NCBI GenBank assembly: GCA_965247775.1
Contig: OZ252031.1
Coordinates: forward strand, 708,072-772,071
Length of the DNA stretch: 64,000 bases
Direction: 5' to 3'
From: Dehalococcoidia bacterium
GTDB taxonomy: Bacteria; Chloroflexota; Dehalococcoidia; Bin125
Below, in pieces: positions 60,129-64,000 of this stretch. Both the position numbers and the translations under genes were made by a program. The notes under the pieces were generated by a model. It was not told where the DNA came from. It did no database searches and saw only the letters and a program-made list of their open reading frames with translations. Within the stretch, counting starts at the first letter, position 1. Each line of letters opens with the position of its first letter.

Positions 60129-61361
60129 ATGTCCTATGCAACCGCGCTCATCTGCCGCGAATGCGGCAATGAGACCGCCCTGGAACCCCTCAATGCCTGC
60201 GACTTCTGCTTCGGGCCGTTGGAGGTCGCCTACGACTACGACGCCATGCGTGGCCGGCTCACCCGGGAGTCCATCGCCGCCGGCCCGCGCTCCATCTGGC
60301 GTTATCTCGATCTGCTTCCTGTCGAGCCCGAGTTCTGCATCGACCTCGGCGTGGGCTTCACGCCCCTCTTGCGCGCCGAAAACCTCGCCCGAAGGCTCGG
60401 CATGCGGGAACTCTGGATCAAGAATGACACGATGAATCCCACCTGGTCCTTCAAGGACCGGGTGGTGGCCATCGCTAGCAGCCGCGCGCGCCAGTTCGGC
60501 TTCGAGACGCTGGCCTGCGCCTCCACCGGCAACCTGGCCAACTCGGTCTCGGCGCATGCCGCGCGCGGGGGCATGCGCGCTATCGTCTTCATTCCGCACG
60601 ACCTTGAGGCGGGGAAGGTGCTGGGGTCGGCCATTTACGATCCGACCATCGTCGCCGTGCACGGCTCCTACGACGACGTCAACCGGCTTTGTTCGGAGCT
60701 GGCGGACGCGCATCATTGGGCCTTCGCCAATATCAACGTGCGACCCTACTACGCGGAGGGCAGCCGCACGCTGGGCTTCGAGGTGGTGGAGCAGCTGGGC
60801 TGGCGCAAGCCGGACCAATGCGTGGCGCCCATGGCCAGCGGCGCGCTCTTCACCAAGATCCACAAGGGTATGGCCGAGTTCGCCGACCTGGGCCTCGTCG
60901 AGGACACGCCGGTGCGCATGTTCGGCGGCCAGGCCAGCGGCTGTGCACCCATCGCGACGGCCTGGGCGGCCGGAACCATGAACATCCGCCCGGTCAAGCC
61001 CAGCACGATCGCCAAGAGCCTCGCCATCGGCAACCCGGCCGATGGCTACTACGCGCTCAAGACCATGCAGGAGACGCGGGGCGGCGCCGTGGCGGTCGAT
61101 GATGAGGCGATCGTGGCCGCAATGAAGCTGCTGGCCGAAAGCGAGGGGATCTTTGCCGAGACGGCCGGCGGCGTCACCCTGGCGGCGCTGCAGCAAGGAC
61201 TGGACGAGGGCCTCATCGACCGGGAGGGCAGCACCGTCATCTTCATTACCGGCGGCGGCCTCAAGACTACCGACGCCGTCGCGGGGCGTGTGACGGAGCC
61301 GATCGCGGTCGACGGATCCCTGGAGTCCTTCGAAGAAGCCTTCGCCGCCGCCGGCGGCTGA
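60129..61361 (+). CDS. Threonine-synthase-family PLP enzyme with N-terminal zinc ribbon (ThrC or MetM-like O-phosphohomoserine-dependent homocysteine synthase)
   Basis: N-terminal CRECGNE...CDFC ribbon. PLP-lysine region TWSFKDR. ~410 aa. Confidence 0.8.
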   Translation: MSYATALICRECGNETALEPLNACDFCFGPLEVAYDYDAMRGRLTRESIAAGPRSIWRYLDLLPVEPEFCIDLGVGFTPLLRAENLARRLGMRELWIKNDTMNPTWSFKDRVVAIASSRARQFGFETLACASTGNLANSVSAHAARGGMRAIVFIPHDLEAGKVLGSAIYDPTIVAVHGSYDDVNRLCSELADAHHWAFANINVRPYYAEGSRTLGFEVVEQLGWRKPDQCVAPMASGALFTKIHKGMAEFADLGLVEDTPVRMFGGQASGCAPIATAWAAGTMNIRPVKPSTIAKSLAIGNPADGYYALKTMQETRGGAVAVDDEAIVAAMKLLAESEGIFAETAGGVTLAALQQGLDEGLIDREGSTVIFITGGGLKTTDAVAGRVTEPIAVDGSLESFEEAFAAAGG

Positions 61362-61410
61362 GCGTCGCCGGCCGGACCCCGCGGCCGTGAATCGGGAAAG
61401 GTGGGCCCCA

Positions 61411-61653
61411 ATGAGCAGCAAGCGTGTGCGCTTCACCTTCGAGCGGGAGCAGGTGGGCGATCCGCTGATCTATCGCCTGGGACAAGAGTTCCCGGTCGTC
61501 ACGAACATTCGCATGGCCGACGTGGAGCACGACTTCGGCTGGGTCATCCTGGAGATCGAGGGATCGGAGGCCGAGATCGACCGCGCGATCGACTGGATGC
61601 GCGACCAGGGCGTCCGGGTGGACCCGGTCAGTGGGGACATTGTCGAGGGCTGA
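61411..61653 (+). CDS. NIL-domain small protein (MetO-like putative sulfur-carrier partner)
   Basis: 80 aa with a NIL-domain pattern (VRFTFEREQVGDPLIYRLGQEFPVVTNIRMADVEHDFGWVILEIEG). Lies 50 nt downstream of the ThrC-like gene. Confidence 0.65.
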   Translation: MSSKRVRFTFEREQVGDPLIYRLGQEFPVVTNIRMADVEHDFGWVILEIEGSEAEIDRAIDWMRDQGVRVDPVSGDIVEG

Positions 61654-61690
61654 CCCCCGCCGACGTCCCCGCTCTGCCGGCCGTTCGGCG

Positions 61691-61990
61691 TCACCGGTCC
61701 AGTAGCCCGCGAATGCGGTCGCGGTGCGCGGCGACGTGGATGCCGAAGTTCAGGCCCGGCCCGATCATGCTCTCGAAATCGCTGATCCCGACCACACGGC
61801 CGTCCTCCAGGATGATCGGTCCGCCGCTGTTGCCCGGACTGATCGCGGCATCCGTCTGCAGGATGGAGAACGTCTCCCCGGCGACGTCGAACGGGCGCAC
61901 CGCGGAGACGATGCCGGTGGTGACCGTCGCAACAAGGTCGCCCACCGTCCCATCGTCATGCCGCACCCCGTCCCTGCGCCCCTGGGCGGG
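61691..61990 (-). pseudogene. Orphan C-terminal fragment of a trypsin-like (HtrA/DegP-type) serine protease domain
   Basis: TGIVSAVRPFDVAGETFSILQTDAAISPGNSGGPIILEDGRVVGI carries the catalytic Ser motif GNSGGP. The N-terminal His/Asp part and PDZ domain are absent. Confidence 0.5.
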
Positions 61991-62127
61991 GGACGCGCAG
62001 TATGCCAAACATTACCCTTCGCGTGTGGAGTTTCTCCCCTTCGCCCGCCACGCGACAGGGGCGAGTGTCCCATCCTCCACGCGATCGGCTACCCCGGGAT
62101 TTTTCCTGTGTGAAAGGTACGAGAGCC

Positions 62128-63267
62128 GTGAAACCCTTGACGATCCGAGTAGCGGACGACGCCATCGACGATCTGCACGAGCGCCTTTCTCGCACGCGCT
62201 GGCCGGGCGAGATCCGGGATGGAAGCTGGACCTACGGCGCCAACCTGGCCTACGTGCGGGAGTTCTGCGCCTACTGGCGTGACACGTTCGACTGGCGTGC
62301 GCAGGAGGCGGCCCTCAACGCCATGCCGCAGTTCACCGCGGAGATCGATGGCTATCGCGTGCACTTCGTTCACCAGGCGGGCGTGGGCCCGGACCCGCTC
62401 CCGCTCATCTTCACGCATGGCTGGCCCGGATCCTTCTACGAGGTCCACAAGGTGCTGGGCCCCCTTACCGACCCGGCCGCGCACGGTGGCGACCCCGCCG
62501 ACGCCTTCACGGTCGTCGCGCCGTCGCTGCCGGGCTACGGCTTCTCCGAGATCTTCACCCGTCGTGGCTACAGTCGCGCCGCCGAAACGGCCCAACTGTG
62601 GGACCGGCTCATGAGCCTTCTCGGTTACGACCGCTACGGCGCTCAGGGCGGTGACTGGGGCGCGCACGTCAGTGCCCGCCTGGCCGCGCTCTTCCCCCTG
62701 CGCGTCGTGGGCGCCCACCTCAACATGCCCAGCGCGGTGGCCCCGCCCCGCGGCGACCGCGACGCCCGTACGCCGCAGGAGGAGGCCTTCCTCCAAGCGC
62801 AGCGAACGTGGCAGCGCGAGGAAGCGGGCTACCAGCGCATCCAGGGCACGCGTCCTCAGACGCTCGCCTACGCCCTGACCGACTCCCCGGCCGGGCTGGC
62901 CGCCTGGATCGTCGAAAAATGGCGCGCCTGGAGCGACTGCCATGGCGATGTGGAGTCGCGCTTCAGCAAGGATGAGCTGCTCACCAACATCGCCCTCTAC
63001 TGGTTCAGCGGCACCATCCACACCAGCATGCACCGCTACTACGAGTGGTTCCATGACCCGGCCCACGATCTGCTGGAGCCGATCACGGTCCCCATCGGTG
63101 CTGCCCTCTTCCCCGCCGAGATCGTTCGTCCCCCCCGCTCATGGGTTGAGCGGGCGTGCAACCTGGTCCATTGGAGTGAGTTCGACCGAGGTGGCCACTT
63201 CGCTGCCATGGAAGAGCCGGAGCTGCTGGTGCAGGATGTGCGCGCCTTCTTCCGGCCGCTCCGCTAA
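62128..63267 (+). CDS. Epoxide hydrolase (microsomal EH-like alpha/beta hydrolase with N-terminal EH domain)
   Basis: N-terminal epoxide hydrolase region (RWPGEIRDGSWTYGANLAYVREFCAYWRDTFDWR), HGWPGSF oxyanion motif, GGDWGA nucleophile. Confidence 0.8.
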   Translation: MKPLTIRVADDAIDDLHERLSRTRWPGEIRDGSWTYGANLAYVREFCAYWRDTFDWRAQEAALNAMPQFTAEIDGYRVHFVHQAGVGPDPLPLIFTHGWPGSFYEVHKVLGPLTDPAAHGGDPADAFTVVAPSLPGYGFSEIFTRRGYSRAAETAQLWDRLMSLLGYDRYGAQGGDWGAHVSARLAALFPLRVVGAHLNMPSAVAPPRGDRDARTPQEEAFLQAQRTWQREEAGYQRIQGTRPQTLAYALTDSPAGLAAWIVEKWRAWSDCHGDVESRFSKDELLTNIALYWFSGTIHTSMHRYYEWFHDPAHDLLEPITVPIGAALFPAEIVRPPRSWVERACNLVHWSEFDRGGHFAAMEEPELLVQDVRAFFRPLR

Positions 63268-63296
63268 CCGCCCGGCAGCTCACGGCTGCACGCGGA

Positions 63297-64000
63297 TCAG
63301 CCGATGCTGGCCGGCGTCCCATCCCCGTTCGCGACGAAGTCCGCCTGCGCTGTCTTGAAGTCGGCGTCCACGGCGAAGGGGATCTCGCGGCGCGGCGCGT
63401 TCCCGCCCGCGTCCATGATCCCGACGATATCGGAGGTGTTGACGTAATGCCCGCTCCCGTCCAGGAAGCCGAGCGATCGGTCCAGGCGCAGCGCGAAGCG
63501 GTGCATCAACTCGTGCGTCAGCGCGCCGCCGTTGGCGAAACCGTTGAAGACGATGCCCTGCAGCCGGCCGTCCGTGAACGGGTTCGCAAAACTGTTGTTG
63601 AACAGGGGACGGCCGGTGCCCTCAGCGTCGTTGGATTTCAGGCTGAAGGAGGCCAGCAGCCCGTCCTCACGCCCCACGCCGCCTGTTCCGTCGAACTTCG
63701 TCAGCTCGGCCGTGCCCAGGATGATGAAGTCGAAGACGTCCCCGAAGCGGTCCGTGAAGATGCCGCAGCCCAGGCAGACGTCCACGACGGCCTCCGCGTC
63801 GATGGTTGGATAGGTGGGAAAGATCGTGCCGTCGTCCACCAGGAAGGGGGCGTGGGAGGTGGCGAAGAGGTTGCTCTCGATCTGGGTCACGGGCACGGCG
63901 CCCCGCTGTGAGACGTCCCCCACCGACACGCCCGTCTCGGTCGACTGGGCGAAGTAGTTGAATCCATCGACGAGGATCACGTTGTTGTGCAGGGTCTGGT
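63297..64000 (-). CDS. Putative secreted zinc metalloprotease (HEXXH), N-terminus beyond window end
   Basis: HELMHRF zinc-binding motif. The ORF is open to the window edge. Confidence 0.5.
   Translation of the reverse strand, partial: QTLHNNVILVDGFNYFAQSTETGVSVGDVSQRGAVPVTQIESNLFATSHAPFLVDDGTIFPTYPTIDAEAVVDVCLGCGIFTDRFGDVFDFIILGTAELTKFDGTGGVGREDGLLASFSLKSNDAEGTGRPLFNNSFANPFTDGRLQGIVFNGFANGGALTHELMHRFALRLDRSLGFLDGSGHYVNTSDIVGIMDAGGNAPRREIPFAVDADFKTAQADFVANGDGTPASIG

Overview
This is a high-GC (~70%) bacterial chromosomal segment. From gene content (F420-type LLM oxidoreductases, DUF368, a secretin-less Tad locus) I infer an Actinobacteria- or Chloroflexi-like organism. I saw no rRNA, tRNA, CRISPR array or recognisable IS/transposase.

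Gene content is mostly catabolic and redox enzymes:
- Two amidase-signature amidases, a Zn-dependent alcohol dehydrogenase, an SDR, and aldo/keto reductases (three copies).
- LLM/luciferase-like oxidoreductases (four copies, one F420-type).
- RraA-like, amidinotransferase, cyclase, rhodanese and epoxide hydrolase genes.
- CoA metabolism: an IcmA-like B12 mutase large subunit next to mmsA, an oxalyl-CoA decarboxylase/HACL-family ThDP enzyme, a TcuA-like flavoprotein and a D-2-hydroxyacid dehydrogenase.
- An ABC-2 exporter pair, a KamA-family radical SAM enzyme, an AddA/AddB-like helicase-nuclease pair, and a DEAD-box helicase.
- A threonine-synthase-like gene followed by a small NIL-domain gene (MetM/MetO-like).

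The most striking feature is the very high density of disrupted genes: frameshifts, in-frame stops, internal deletions and orphan C-terminal fragments. They are concentrated at 6.4-17.4 kb and in a decayed Tad/Flp pilus locus (27.2-30.7 kb), while multi-kb genes elsewhere stay intact. About half of the frameshifts sit at G/C homopolymer runs of 7-9 nt. Others are clean nonsense codons or deletion junctions, so real gene decay, slipped-strand variation and homopolymer sequencing error all have to be considered. Further points of interest are a low-GC (~45-50%) 325-bp island upstream of the radical SAM gene, two rearrangement scars, and strong GC-rich terminator hairpins.

Start and frameshift coordinates were counted by eye against the ORF track; positions near breakpoints and homopolymer runs can be off by one.
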